From NCBI GenBank assembly GCA_022813965.1, contig JALDZS010000136.1, positions 1 to 64,000 of the forward strand: 64,000 bases of DNA. Direction: 5' to 3'. Below are positions 40,174-54,008 of the stretch, piece after piece (the stretch's first letter is position 1; each line of letters opens with the position of its first letter). The stretch comes from Toensbergia leucococca (taxonomy: Eukaryota). The notes under the pieces were generated by a model that saw only the letters and a list, made by a program, of their open reading frames with translations, was not told where the DNA came from and did no database searches. Position numbers and translations under genes: made by a program.

Positions 40174-41812
40174 ATGCCTGCAAGAGAGTCTATGTTCAAC
40201 GATTGGTATACTTCACCGTCTATCAACCCGATAATTCAGAGACCCAATCTACTCTCGGAGAGTTCTTCCGTGCAATACGACTCCCATTCAGCAGATACTA
40301 GCTATGTTTCGAGATCGGTGGATCGTAGGGCGCCTTACTCCCGAGTATGTCTGAACCCTGAAGACTCTGTCTCAAATGATCCGTGGGAAGAAGGTGAGCC
40401 GGAGTGATATAGTATTAAAGAAAAACGCTGAAAGGGCTTGAAGCCTGCCAGTATGTTGAGACCATAAATCAGAATCAGAATCATCCTAGCAACGACCACG
40501 ACTATTCCGAACCTAGTACCACATTCGATACCAAAGCCAGCTTTGTATTATCAGCAGACTTAGACGCAGCAGATTCATTGCCTTTTGGGTCAAGCTTTCC
40601 TAACAGCCATTCCTGGCCTTCATTGCCTGACTCGGGTAACGGATATGCTCCTGGCATTCCTGGCTTTTCAGCAAACTCGGACCAAGCTTGGTCCAGCACG
40701 CCATTCTACGATAATCCGGAGTCTACCGTACCATTCGTTGTTGCAACGCCTAGGCTCCCGCAACGTTACGTCGGAAAGCCAGGCCAGCACCGAGTAGACT
40801 CGTCACCAAGTCCTCGTTTTCGGGTTTCGCCTTATTCGGCGGACCGTTCGCAAAGTAGAAGCGTGCCTAATGGATCTTCAGCGTGGCCAAGAAAGCTACG
40901 CAGCTCGCCATCTATGCCCAATAATGCTGATCTCCTGACAGAGCAGTCAAGTGGTGTCTCTCATCATTCGTTAGCTTCAACAACTTCGAACAGCAGCTTG
41001 GCGGCTGTGCAAGGTGCCGGCATTGAACAGTACTTTCAGACACAACTAGCATTCCCCGCAAACGATGTCCACGACCAAAGCTCAACATTCGTGCCGGCGA
41101 CGAGTAAAGAGCCTGGCCTCCTGGCTGAAGGCCCCGACACGGTGTATTGCGATGAAGTAGCTGAAACCTACGAACCTCCCAATCTGTTCGCTTCTTTGCA
41201 GAAAGACCAATTCTCGCCACCTTTGGAAGACATGCGTCCAGTGGACCCGGAATATACACCTTACGCTCAAGAGCTGCGATTCGAGGGTGACTTGTACACT
41301 CCAAAATACGTCAGAGGTCACGGCAACAAGCGTGAGGGATGGTGCGGTATCTGCAATCAAGGTCGTTGGCTCGTCTTGAAAAATTCGGCCTTTTGGTATG
41401 ACAAGAGCTTCACTCATGGGATCAGTGCTGCAACTGGCGCTGCTTTCGAAGGACCGAAGCAAACGAGACAGACCAAAGGTAAAAATGAAGCGTGGGAAGG
41501 GCTATGCGGCAGCTGTGGGGAGTGGATCGCACTATTCAATAGTAAGAAGAAGGGTACTACATGGTTCAGACATGCTTACAAGGTGGGATCTCATTCCCCC
41601 CGATGCATGTCTAATATTGACGGATCCGAAAGTGCCATACACATGCAAGGGTCAAAGACGTAGCTAAGAGACGACGAGAGATGCCGAATTCGAGGACGTT
41701 CAAGGCTATAAGAGCGGTAGAAGAAGATATGGTGGCATGCAATCAATATCCTAGTCCAGCCAGCTCGACGCCGACGACACTGGATGAGAACAGGGCAACA
41801 CGCAGGCTTTGA
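40174..41812 (+). CDS. Rua1-like putative Zn-binding transcription regulator; likely introns 40394-40443 and 41583-41632
   Basis: LRFEGDLYTPKYVRGHGNKREGWCGIC...KNSAFWYDKSFTHGISAATG...WEGLCGSCGEWI...WFRHAYK/CH. The N-terminal start and first exon are less certain. Confidence 0.75.
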
Positions 41813-42305
41813 TGTTCCGGAATAATTGTTATCATGTGAGAAATTGAGAAGTAGATGTTTCTGGATGATGATGCTACTCATGTAATATTCTGGTATGGGC
41901 TTGAAGTTCAATCTACGGATACAATATTGTTTGATGCTCAACTGGACCACGATTGACAAGGGGCTCTCCCAAGGCCATGACAGCTTAAAGAATACATGGT
42001 GTTCGTATTCAACGTCAATGATATGAAAGTGCATGTACATTTGGATCAACGTAGAGTAAAAGTCCAATCATGTGCAAGCGCCGTTTGTTGCTGTTTGATT
42101 CACGCCAGGCTGCAATCTGGAAGGTTCGAGAATTGTAGAATTGCACAATTGCACAAGCCCCCCACCCACAAGAAGGAGGGAGAAACAATGAGAACGCATC
42201 CAGGCTGAGATTGACTTTCCGCCGCTGTCAATCCGTCGGTGCGCTTCTGCAACATTACCGTCCCCCAAGCAGACGATTCCGTCGTTCGTGTCACCCATCG
42301 TCTCT

Positions 42306-44466
42306 ATGGTTCTCCCGAACTTCTTCTCAACCAACAAAAAATCCGACAAGAGTAGCACACGAGAGTCCAGCACTTCTCGCCAGCCCTCACCGAACAAGAA
42401 ATCGCCTGTCAAGTCGACCAAGGAACGGGAACATAGGTCGACGTCGGCACGCATAAGCTCAAAAAGCCCGAGGCCACATAACACATCCCGCCAGACCTTT
42501 CATAATTCCGACACCCATCCTCTAAATCTGCCTCCCGACGAACGAGACCATAGACTGTCCGCAATGTCCACCATGAGTGACCCCCTCACACCAATGGACG
42601 TGGATTCCGAGGAGCCTGAAGTTGCTGTGCCCTCCAGCCCACCGCCATTTCCCTCAGCATCTTATCCAAATACAAATGGCCTGAATGATGACACTTACCG
42701 GAATGGCGATGGTAGTCCAGTCCCGCCTCCGCACAAATCAGCTCCGGTTTCGCCACCTCTGCCCAAACCAACAGTCCCGATGGTTGACGCTGAGGCACAC
42801 AAGGAAGCGGGGAATAAATACTTCTTAGCAAAAGACTACAAAAAGGCTATCCGAGAATACACTAAGGGTAAGACTGAATGTGCAGTCCATGCAACAATTA
42901 TATCATTTAAAGTTACTACCACGGTGAAGCTAATTTTGATGCTTTCCGATTAGCTGTTAATGCTGCTCCTCAGTCAGCTACCTATCTCTCCAACCGATCC
43001 GCCGCATACATATCGGCGAATCGGTTTGAAGAAGCATTGGCTGATGCGAAGCTGGCCGATGAAATAGAACCAAGGAATGCAAAAGTACTCCACCGAATAG
43101 CACGTATTTTCGTATATTTAGGACGGCCGGCAGAGTCTTTGGAGATTTATAACAAAATTTCTCAAATCGAACTACTAACGCCCAAGCAAAAGGCTTCCGC
43201 CGTGTCAATGATGCAACATTTACAACAAGCGGAAGATGGCTTGCGGGAAGGTACTACAGGATCTATGATAATACATGCGTTGGATCAAGCAGAGCGTGAG
43301 CTAGGTACCGGCGTAGAGAGGCCCAGGAAATGGAAGTTGATGAGAGGAGAGGCGTATCTAAAAATGGGGAACATTAATTCGCTGGGCGAGGTGCAGAATG
43401 TTGCCCTTTCATTACTCCGCCAAAATAGCAAAGACCCGGAAGCTTTGGTGCTGAGGGGTAGGGCATTGTATGGACAGGGTGACAACGAAAAGGCTTTACA
43501 ACATTTCCGAGAGGCTTTAAATTGTGATCCTGATTTTAAAGCTGCGGTAAAATACCTGAGGATGGTGCAAAAATTAGATCGAATGAAAGAAGAGGGCAAT
43601 GCAGCTTTCAAGGCTGGGAGATACCAACAGGCCGTGGATCTTTACGGGACTGCTTTGGAAGTGGACCCGCAAAACAAGGGCACAAACTCAAAGATCTTAC
43701 AAAACCGGGCAATGTCATTAATAAAGGTATGATCGCCCGAGAAGCGGATATCAATCGATACTACAAAACTGACACCCCACAGTTGAAAGATTACAAAGCC
43801 GCCATTTCCGACTGCACCCGCGCCCTGAAGCTCGACCCAACCTACCTTAAAGCCCGCAAAACAAAAGCAAAAGCTCTCGGCGAATCCGGTAACTGGGACG
43901 ACGCCCTACGCGAATACAAAGACATCGCCGAGTCCAACCCCTCGGAACCGGGCATGGCAAAGGAAATCCGCAACGCCGAGCTCGAGCTCAAAAAGAGCAA
44001 GCGCAAAGACTACTACAAGATCCTCAGTATCGAGAAAGACGCCAGCGAAAACGATATTAAAAAGGCCTACCGCAAGTTGGCAATTGTGCATCATCCGGAC
44101 AAGAATCCCGACGACGCCGAAGCGGCTGATCGCTTCAAGGATATTGGAGAGGCGTATGAGACGCTGAGTGATCATGAAAAGAGACAGCGCTACGATAGTG
44201 GCGAGGACTTGATTGATCATTCCGAAATGTTCAGCGGTATGAACGGTGGTGGTATGGGTGGCTTTCCCATGGGTGGAGGCGCCGGCGGTATGCAGATCGA
44301 TCCTGAGATCTTGCTGAATATGATGGGCGGGGGTGGTGGTCGGTCGGGGGGTGGTGGCTTTACGTTTTCGACGGGTGGAGGGGGGAGTCCATTTGGTGGT
44401 GGGGGTGGGGGAAGGGGGAGAGGGAGGGGGAGCAGTGGCTTTTCGGCTGGGGGGTTCCCTTTTTAG
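42306..44466 (+). CDS. TPR-repeat J-domain co-chaperone (DNAJC7/Tpr2-like); introns 42868-42953 and 43727-43782
   Basis: TPRs ([41 protein letters not shown]), J domain [34 protein letters not shown] with HPD motif, and a G/F-rich tail. Confidence 0.93.
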
Positions 44467-44469
44467 GGG

Positions 44470-46480
44470 AATGGGGAGATGATGCTGGGTTGTTGCGTGC
44501 GCTGCTGCTGCTACTTGAGTACGTTATGTACGCACGCTACCACTTCATCATCCCTGGCACCCGGTCGATGTTGTCGCATGTTTTCTAGTTCGGCCTTTTT
44601 TGTTTTGTGCGTGGACGACTGTTGCATTTGGCATGGCATAGCAGGGCAGGGGCAGGGGCTATTTGTCACCCCCGGTGTAAATGCCCTTTATGGAGTTTTT
44701 TTTTTTTCTTTCGCGTCTGCCTACCTGGTTCCATGTAGGTAGTTCTTTTTCTCTCTCTTTCTCTCCTCTTTTTCCTGACTCGTGCCTTGGGGTTAGGGCC
44801 GGCAGGAGGTAAGAGAGAAGCCAATAGATCGTCTTTTTAGAATTTGTTTTTTTTTTTAGTGTTTCTTGAGCTTGGTACTCGATCCATTCTTGTGGTATGC
44901 TTAGTTGAGGTACCTATTGTGCGGCTTTTTTTTTGGGACTGTTGCCCGCCCAGATGAAGGGAGGGTTTCTTTTTTTTCTTCCTTCCTTCGTTCTTTCCTT
45001 TACGCTTGCCGCCCCCCCCCAACTAACTTTGGCCCCGACTCCCATGATCGAAATATGTGCTTAGTCAGATATATCTGATAATTCCCTATCGCTGGGGCGG
45101 GGGTACTCGGAAATGGTATATTGTTACTTTCATTTCTGATGAATGAATGGATACCCGCACCACCCCCACTCTCTATATCCGAAGAAAAAAAAAGAAAATA
45201 GAAAAGAGAATAGAGAAGACACGTGCATTTGAGCCTTTCTGCCAATTGTGAACTATACCTCTTTTCTTTCTTTTCTTTCTTTTGTCACTCTTGATTTTTT
45301 GGAGGAACATTTTGTTTGGGATTTTTGGGAGGAATTGGTGTTTTTTTTGTTTATCTGGGATTTGGATTTTTTTTTCTTTTCTCTGATGGGAGGGAGGAGA
45401 GAGAGTGAAGAGATGATTTACAAGTTTTTTTTTTAGAAGGGGGGAAGGGTCTGGGATATTTGTCATTTGAGGAGAAGAAGTAGGCAGAAATGATGATAGT
45501 TCATTCCGAAACCCCCCCAGCGCCCTACCTACCTACCTATCTCTTTTCCTTGGAACCAGGTAAGGGGCCGAAAAAAGGGGTGGTGGAATTCTGGTGTGCT
45601 TTTTCTTGTAGACTTGATGGGTTTAAATTTTTTTCTTTTTTATTTTTTCTCTTTTTAGATGGAAAGGGTTTTTTCTCTTCTTTGGAGGGAGGTATGTTGA
45701 GTGTGAGGGGAACAAAGTGAAGTGGATGTGGGGAGGGGTTGGTGTGGATTATAGGTAGGGTACTAAAGATTTGAGTGGGGGTGGTTGTTCATAGAGGTGA
45801 TGGAATAAGGTAAAACTCCATTTTTTTGAAGAAAAAGTGCCGAGGAGGAGGAAGGGGGGGGAGATACAGTAGGTACCTATATTTTTCAAACACGTTTCAC
45901 ATGCAGCTCACAACACCTGAGAAGAAGAAGTGGAAACATATATGCCCCACTTCGTTCAAAGCCGCAGCTTCAGCTCTTTCTCGCTATTCTTTGCAAAAGG
46001 TAAAAAAAAAAAATGGACAAATGGACAACTCTCTTTGGGCAGCAATAGTGACATGAAAGGTGGTGTAAGTGAACGAAATGATCGAAATAAAAGGTAGATC
46101 AACCTTTTTTTCCAGCCGTACATGTAGAAGCGATAGTCTCCTGAAGAAGTATTCAAAGATTCCTCCTCCATCCCCCAGCGATGCATGATCCTATCATATG
46201 CAAAAAACACGATGATGCTCTTCCTCCTCTTATTCAAATCCCCCTGAAAATATACATATATACTCCGAATCCGAAACCGCTTCGATGCGAGCAAAGATCT
46301 AGAGATCCACCCATCCAAAAAGGACCCCAAAAACAAAATACTCCAATGTAGAAGAGTACGGAAAGATGCAAAAACAAGAGCAAACAAGACAGCATATCCA
46401 ACAGACACGCTTCGTTGCACGTAACATGCGTGTCTCATTCCTCGTCATCATCCCCGGCCTACCCTCTTCCTTACCAAAGC
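44470..46480. repeat. Low-complexity homopolymer-rich island between convergent genes
   Basis: Dense T8-T10, A8-A11, G and C runs over about 2 kb. Confidence 0.7.
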
Positions 46481-46482
46481 CT

Positions 46483-48593
46483 TCATACAGCCTTTTCCAT
46501 CCCCCATTCATCATCATACCCGGGCCACCTCACAGGCGGAGCCCCACTGCCCTCTCCCGGTGGGCTGCCCTCCATCTCATCTCCGTCTCCATCCAACCAT
46601 CCGCTATCCTCGCCCCTCAAACTTATACTCCCACTAAGACTACTAAATTCTAACTTCCCGTCGCCATCGCCCTTGACGGCCTTCAAGACCCGCCACACGT
46701 AGCCCTCACGCCCGTCTTTCGAAACGATCAAGCCGTCCCACGCCAAATTGATGTTTCCGCTCATCGTCTTGCCGGTAACTGACCCCTCCCACTCAAAAGG
46801 GTATTTGATGCGCAGCGAGCCCGTGGATACAGTGTACTTGCCCCAGAGGTGGCGCAAAGGCGTTTCGGGGTGGGATAGCGATGAGTGTACGGTGATGTCC
46901 TGGCTTCCGCTTGCGCTGTAGGTCTCGATGCTCGAGGGGGAGCTAGGATGCCCATAAGGTACAAGATTGGCTTGGAGATGACCGGTAATGGTTCGAATGG
47001 TGGTTTCGGTACCATGGAAGAAGGTGGCATCGATGGAGGCGCTGTCGGTGGTTATATACGTGCGATAATCGCGGTTTGGGATATGTTTGGAGATTGGGTT
47101 GACAGAGGAGAGAATTGTGGTTCGGGCAGTTATGTGGCCCGAGTTGGAGGATAGTTCAAGGACGGCGGGGGCAGGGTCGAAGGAAGAGGCTTCCTTTGGG
47201 ACGATATCTATATTTATGGAGCCTGAATGGGTAGTAATTGCGAGACGGTCGTATAGAGGATAGGAGCCTGTTATAGACCCAGATAGTAGATGTATTACTG
47301 TTTCTCGCGAGACGATGGATGTTGAGGATGAATCGTAAGGTGGCATAGTAATAGAGCCTACAGTGGCAGTCATTTCAGTGACGTTTGTCACAGTGTAAGA
47401 CAGGCCAGGGTGGAAGATGATAGAAAGTGATTGTGCGTGTATTGCTAGTTGCTCGAGAGTAGCACCTTGTGGGATCCAGATGTCTACAAGCATGTAGATG
47501 CAAGGACGGCTGTTACTGGGAATTGCAGCTCGGTTGGATGAAAAATGGCCTGGAGTACTAATATGCAGGAAGGAGTGGTCTAATTGGACGCTATAGTAAC
47601 TCGCGAGCCCAGGATCTGAGTACTGGAAGCCGACTATGACTCGAATTTTAGAATTGTATCGGTCAGAATTTGATTTCACGTGGATCTCTCCTGCCGTTTG
47701 TACCTCATCCGGAGCCCCGGCTTGGTAGTAATCTCCACGGTCCTGGACCATTTGGATGAATTCAAATTGGTCGGAGATGTCGAATTCCCACACTAAAGAG
47801 CGCTTATAATTGCCAGGAGCACATTTTTGGCCGTTGATGGGAGGCATTACCTTGTTCCGATCGTCTCCCGTGGGCTTATTCTCAATGGGTTGGCGCTGCG
47901 AGTTGTGTCAGCGTGTGCAGAAGAATCTCTCATGCAAAGTGGACCAACAGTCACACCATGTATGCTCGTAATAGCATTTACAATGAAGCCAACTCCGATT
48001 GCAATGGCCACGGCGACCAAAACAAACTTTGCAGTGGCTCCACAGCAGCGTCTCACATAACGTCGAGAACGCTGCATTCGCTCATGCTTGTTAGGACTGT
48101 CCTGGCTCTGGGCCTGAGAGTCTCGGAGGTGCTGAGGTTCCGAGTGGTGTGGAAAAGCTTCTGATGGTCGGATTGTATCATAGCCCCCACTTGGACGCCT
48201 GTTCCCACTCTCAACAGGATTGCTTGAAGCGGGTGGTCTGTAAGAAGTGCCAGCTGTAGCATCTGAGTAGGCTGGAGGTGCGGTAGGCAATAAAGGAGTC
48301 TGCTCTGAGGTCTGATCTCCTTCGTAGGCAGAGTTAAATGTCCGTCTAGGAGGTGGTGATTGTACATATTGAGAGTCTCGCCTCCTTGGTGGGCTCGCTT
48401 CACTTTGCCTCTGTGCTTCCTCTTCTTGCTGTGCTTCTCTTGCTTTGTCGCCTTCTGCTTCTAGTGATGGATCTGGCACGAGGACCTGCTGCGGGTGGGG
48501 TGCACGTTGATTGAAATAGCCGTCTGACGGACCAAGCTCGTTGGACAAAGAGTCGTCATCCGAGTCGTTGTACAGGCCAGTATTGGAAGGCAT
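46483..48593 (-). CDS. Type II membrane protein with extracellular beta-solenoid (DUF4097/putative adhesin-like) domain, intron 47896-47948
   Basis: N-terminal EQTPLL and PPAY motifs, TM segment FVLVAVAIAIGVGFIV, then repeated T/S-x-SG-S-I units (TVGSI, LSGSITGSYPLYDRLAITTHSGSI, SNSGHI, SASGSQ, MSGNI, LSGSI). Confidence 0.75.
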
Positions 48594-49271
48594 AACGTCC
48601 CACTTAGTGACAGAATAGACGAGGGTTGTGCGACGGGAAGCTACTTGACGACAGCCAAGTGAAGGAGCTTCATAGGATGGCTCGAGGATGGGTGTATACA
48701 GAGAAAGGCTCGTGTGCAGCTCTCTACTGCATCTATCCACTCTGACTCTCCCAGTCTCCCACTGCTAAACCCCGCATGCTCGATCCTCGATAGGGCTACG
48801 GAGTACCCACCGATAAGCCATCGTCATCCACCAGTGAGAGGCAAAGGATGTGACAGGGATATAGAATATAATAAATAAGCACATTAATGGTTGAACAAGC
48901 ACCATTCGACCCATTCAAACGTTAATGTTAGAATAAACATGTCAGCTTTGCCCAACAATGGTGAAGATCTCGAAAAGTCGCAAAGACCATGACACTCGAC
49001 CTGTTCAACGTATGGGAATGTCGTACTTTATAAGCTAAAGCGTGAAATTATCATCTTTTCTTCAAGCTGGTCTAGGTACAATACTCGTACTAATAAACCA
49101 GCTCTTGCTCCATATTGATGCATGCCACTGCGGGTATGACGGCTACAATCAATCAAACTCCACCGCTCAAATGCTATGCTATGCTATGCTGATGCTGTAC
49201 AAACAAAAGAAACATGTACATCTCTGTTGTTGACATTCCAGACAACTCCTAGCTTCATCTTATTTTTCTCT

Positions 49272-51015
49272 TCAAATCCACCCCAGATTCTCCAATATCG
49301 CTTTGCTTTCGTTCACCGCCATGCCACTAACTCCCAATGCTCTGACCTGTGTACCTCTTCGGAGTCTTTGCAGTCCTACCGCAACTTTCCAGCCCTCTTC
49401 TTCTTGCAACACGAAGACGTATCGCTTGCCCTCTTGGTCTCGAATGCTTGCTCGGAGGACGTGCATACCCTTGTGTTCGCCACTCTGTGTAGAAACACTA
49501 TCGTTAGATCCGTATTTCAATGACGAAGTACATGTCCAAGATGGAGAAGCCAAAACTCGCTCCAAAGGGTTGTGGCTTGGGACACCATACCTCGACTAAC
49601 TTCAGAGTCCATGCTTTGACGTCCCATTCTCTTTGTGGTACACCTCTAACGTCATCGTCGATGAAAAGCCCTTCGGTCGTGATTCGAAGAATTAAGCCAT
49701 CCGTCACTGACCCAACGCCGGATATCAATTGGGCAACGGGAAGTTTCATAAAGGTATTGTTGAACGAGTAAACGCCTTTGATAACGATCTTGTCAGGGTC
49801 TTTGCTATGATAAGGACCTCGATGGGACGGCGGCGGTGTTGTGCGGCTGGTGGATTGTGAGGGTGCGTACGAGGATTCCGAGTAAACCGAGGAAGCGGAA
49901 GTGGTTTTATGTACGGGTCGCTTTGGTTTATCGTACGGTCGAAAAGAGTACGTGTCGTCTTCTGTTGCTGTCTTGGCTGATGGCTGTTGGTGTTTTTTGG
50001 TAGGAGAAGGGGGCCTAGAATTCTCAGCTTTCCGCGTACTAGCTTGCGAAGGCTGTGGAGATGGGTCTCGGTCTTTCTCTTTCGCTTCTTTTTCTCTTCT
50101 CTCTCGTGCCTCTCGCGCCTTTTGCGCTTCTCGTGCTTCTTCTTTTTCTTTTTCTTTCTCCTTTTCTTTTTCTTTTTCTTTTTGCGCTTCTCTTTCTCTT
50201 TCTCTTCTCTCCTGCGCCTCCTTTTCTCTTCTTTCGCGCGCTTCCTTTTCTCTTCTCTCTCGAGCTTCTTTTTCTCTCCTTTCTCGTGCTTCTCTTTCAC
50301 GGGCGTCTCTCTCTCTCTCTTTTATTCTCTCCTTCTCGTCATCTTCTTTCTTTTTCCGTATCTCTTCCGCTTTCCGACGCTCCTCCTCTTTCCTCCTTGT
50401 TTCCTCCCTCGCTTTCTCCCAGCCGCCCTTTGCAGTCCCAGCATTCGCCGAAGTATTGGGATAGGTAGGTCCAGTATTGGCTCGCTGCCAAGTAGGCTTG
50501 GGAGGAGCTCTGGGTTCAGGCCCAGTATATCCTGGAGCTGGAGGTGGACCACCTGTTGCTGTTCCATTGGCGTGAGCACCTGTTGTACCCCCAGTCCCAG
50601 CTCCTGCATGTCCAGCTCCTGCATGTCCGGCTCCCGCGCCTCCCACTCCTGCCCCTCCAACGCCCGCACCTCCTTCGTTTGGACCTCCCGTCTCTAATTG
50701 TGTTTTACCCCATGCCCAGCCAGCGACGCCAACGCCAACCATGAGGAACACCACGGCGACGCCACCACTAGCTACGATTGTTGCAAACCATTCCCTCAGC
50801 ACGGGAAAGACAATAGACCAGATGGCCACAGCCAGAATGGTGCACGCCACGCCAGCGAGGAAGCTATTCCGGTGAGGTTGGAGTGAGGGTAGATAGAGAA
50901 AACCGGATCCAGATGAGTGTGGCGGGATGATGAAGATATCGTAATTACCTGGCGGTAAACCTGAGGCTTTTCCGGTGTTACCGCCATGAGGAGGGGGAGG
51001 AGGTGGAGGATCCAT
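49272..51015 (-). CDS. Uncharacterised conserved fungal membrane protein with charged coiled-coil repeats, intron 49485-49590
   Basis: MDPPPPPPPHG...YDIFIIPPHSSGSGFLYLPSL, two hydrophobic segments, EKEARERR repeats, globular C-terminus TDGLILRITTEGLFIDDDVRGVPQREWDVKAWTLKLVE/...HVLRASIRDQEGKRYVFVL. Confidence 0.78.
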
Positions 51016-51870
51016 TGGTAGGTTGGGGATTGGAAGCTGAAAAGACGGGCCACAGTATACCTCTTAGCTTCTTCGGGCGCTGTGAGGGTGGCCGTGTTTG
51101 CTATGACTGTTGCAGACGTCGATATCGCAAGGAAGAAATGTGGAAACGGTGCTTCATGTTAATTACCGGCGGTGCGTTTGTTGCGCAACAGTCGGGGGTC
51201 CAGTTGACTCGGGGCAATCATGCGGTCCTGGTAAGCGGGAAGTAGAGGTCTGATGGATTGGGCGGTAGACAAACAAGTTGTGGTGATGGTCGATCTTGGC
51301 GAATTCTGGTTTCAAGGTGTTGAATTTTGTTTATGATGTGACTTGATTTTGCTTGGTGGTGAGCGAGTTTGGGTGCAATTGAGAAATAATAACAAAGACC
51401 CCTGCAAGTGTCAGCCCCTGGCCCCCCGGACTTCCGAAGCGCTAATGCCGGCTCCCACTCTGCAGATATCCCTCATCAACGGCTTGTCGATACATGTGGG
51501 AGTCGAGTCATTCTACTCCGTACTCGTACATTGATACTCGTACACGATGAATGATGCTTCATTTGCCAACTATTTCCACATCACATTCTGTCTGTTGACA
51601 CACCCTACACTATTGCAACTAATGCCCGGCCTGTACGAGTATCATATGCGAGAGAATCACCCCCCGAGTCGGCGAATCGCTACCTTGTTGTGACAGCAGG
51701 TGCATGCATCTAATCAGTCCAGCCCTGTTACTCGTTCCTCGACCGTTCCTCGACACATGCACCGGAGCCCAAGAGCCACACGCTGAGCTGGCATTGCAGC
51801 CATCTTCTCGAGCCGCGTCAAATTATTGACATGTTCATCATCCATCAACTTGAAGACTGTCTAGTTGGAA

Positions 51871-54008
51871 TTATTTACAATACGATCTACATAAACTACT
51901 AAACCAATGATGTCTCTGTGTATGCTTGATGAACGCGCCTATTTCGCTTTTGTCGCAGATATAAAAGCTGAGTGCTGGCTCTTTTAAATCCCTCGATGCT
52001 ACTTCTTTTTTCATGGCGTCGCAGTTAGGGTCTGCGCCCTTGCGCATGTGAACCTGACCATGCCTGCGGGGATAATGCCAGCCCATCTCACAAAAGGTCA
52101 GAAAATGTGACACGGGCGAAACGTCACGCAGCCTCGCGCGGCAATTATCAGCATGATCAGTGCTTTCATATAAGACCTTCTCTTGCCCGATTTCATGAAA
52201 GAACTGTACTGTGTACTCACCATTTGTACCACACGCGCAGGGTAATTGGATATGCCCATCCTTGACGACAGCAAGCTCAGCATTTGGCTGGTAACAGACC
52301 GGAAGAAAGCTTCCGCTGGCTGAGCTTGGCGAATCTCTGTCGTGCACCAGGTCATCAAGACTTGGGAACGGGCCTGTCTCACGAAAGCCGTATTTCTGCC
52401 ATCGTATCCAAGACGCCTGAACGAAGTGATTCATCTTGTTGCCCCAGTATAGGTCACGCTGCTGGAACTCCTTTATGCCAAACATCTCGACATTCCGAGG
52501 GTGTGTTTTGCTACCTCGCTGGCATTTGGCCTCGCAGACGACACCATCCTTCACGACGAAAGTACCTGGTCCCTTCATAGTCGACCTGGCTCCCGCCGGC
52601 TGCTGGCATCTCAAATAACAACTTTGGGACTTCAGACTGGCCGATATGACGGCATTTTGAAAATGCCTGGTCATTTGTCTAAGAAATGGAGTTAGCCTCG
52701 GCAGTAAAAGAACTTCTTTAATAAATGACTTTCACTGACTCTTCCAGCAGAGATGGAGAATTCGAGAAACGATCGGGCAGCTCAATATAGTCACCAGTGG
52801 AAATCAGGTCAGCCAGCACGCTTTCATCATTAGGATTGAAGTTCCCTTGTAAGCGTGTTAGCGTCTGTGTACAATCTACTCTGAGGGAGCCCACCATTAT
52901 CTCCAAATCCAACACCGCTTACAATATCTTTGACTCTCGACTCAATTTCCACTTGGAAATGATGGGCTGCAGTAGCAATTCCTATATCCAACTGCCTCTT
53001 GTGCTTGTCCTCGTCGCCTGGTGAAGGGTTGCCCCAGCGGGCGCAGAGGGATGATTTCAGGTCAGTGAGTTCAAGACCTTGAAATTGCGCAAAAACCTTT
53101 CCTATAGTCCCTCGTCTGTCTTTCTTGACGAGCCTTTGCCACATTCTGCTCCCGCCACCGTTCATGTCAAATCTCGTTCCCAAGGACGATGACCGTATAG
53201 CGCCAGACTCGGCAGCATCAACACCAGCTTCATCTGCAACTAAGAAGGCTTCCGGGACGACGGCAATTGCGGTTACCGTAACTGCAGCTATGAGAGCATC
53301 AACAACGCTTGCAATCATCTCACATTGGTGTTGGATTTGTTCGCTGTGCAGCTCGAAAAAGGTATGCGCTATTCCAGATGTCATGCTTTCGACGTTATAC
53401 TCTGCATAATGACTCGTCTCCTTGATTTGCCCGTCAGCCCATTTTCATTGACTTCCACTACGCAGCCAGCTTTAGAAACCACCTACCCAGATATCGTCAT
53501 TGATGTGGACCAAGTTGTCAATGCTATTGATAGCGAAGTAAACTTTTCGTGCCAGATCCTCATCCTTTACTTTTTCACAGATGTAATTTAAAGACGGCCA
53601 ATGGGAACAACCTTGTTGATCAAGCGCGCAGTCCAGATCATGCCAGTCCAGGAATTCACTTGCGAAGAAATGTGGTTCCGAACGTCTATCATGCCACTTC
53701 CGAGATGTTTTGTCGATGCTGATGGTCCACTTCTTGTACCACTCGGCCGTTCCGGAAATTTCGAAATTGGTTCTGTTTCGGTGGTAATACTCCGAAGCCT
53801 CTGTGCACCCGTTTCTGCGTTTTGAAGCCTTATGAAATGCAATTCCCGTCGTATGTCCCTCCGTTGGAATAGAAACATTTTGAGCAACAGCAGTCCCAGG
53901 AAGAAAGAGTGAGGCCAAGATCAGAACTGACGGGAAGTAGGTAGCCTGGAGGGCCAGAAGCCTGCAGATCAAGACGAAGAGACATCGATGGGAAGTTCCG
54001 GGGATCAT
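51871..54008 (-). CDS. Uncharacterised secreted Cys-rich protein; exons 54008-53487, 53420-52923, 52864-52740, 52678-51871 (3' end uncertain)
   Basis: Hydrophobic leader ending AVA-Q. Introns 53421-53486, 52865-52922 and 52679-52739 have GT-AG ends and join four ORFs in frame. Many cysteines. Confidence 0.65.

Noticed and set aside
49171..49196. (ATGCT)n microsatellite, and (CACT)n near 13876-13891
   Set aside because: Short ordinary simple repeats with no further structure.
49746..50697. Long alternative-frame and antisense ORFs rich in F/S/L or K/R
   Set aside because: Shadows of the purine-rich EKEARERR coiled-coil repeat of the real gene.
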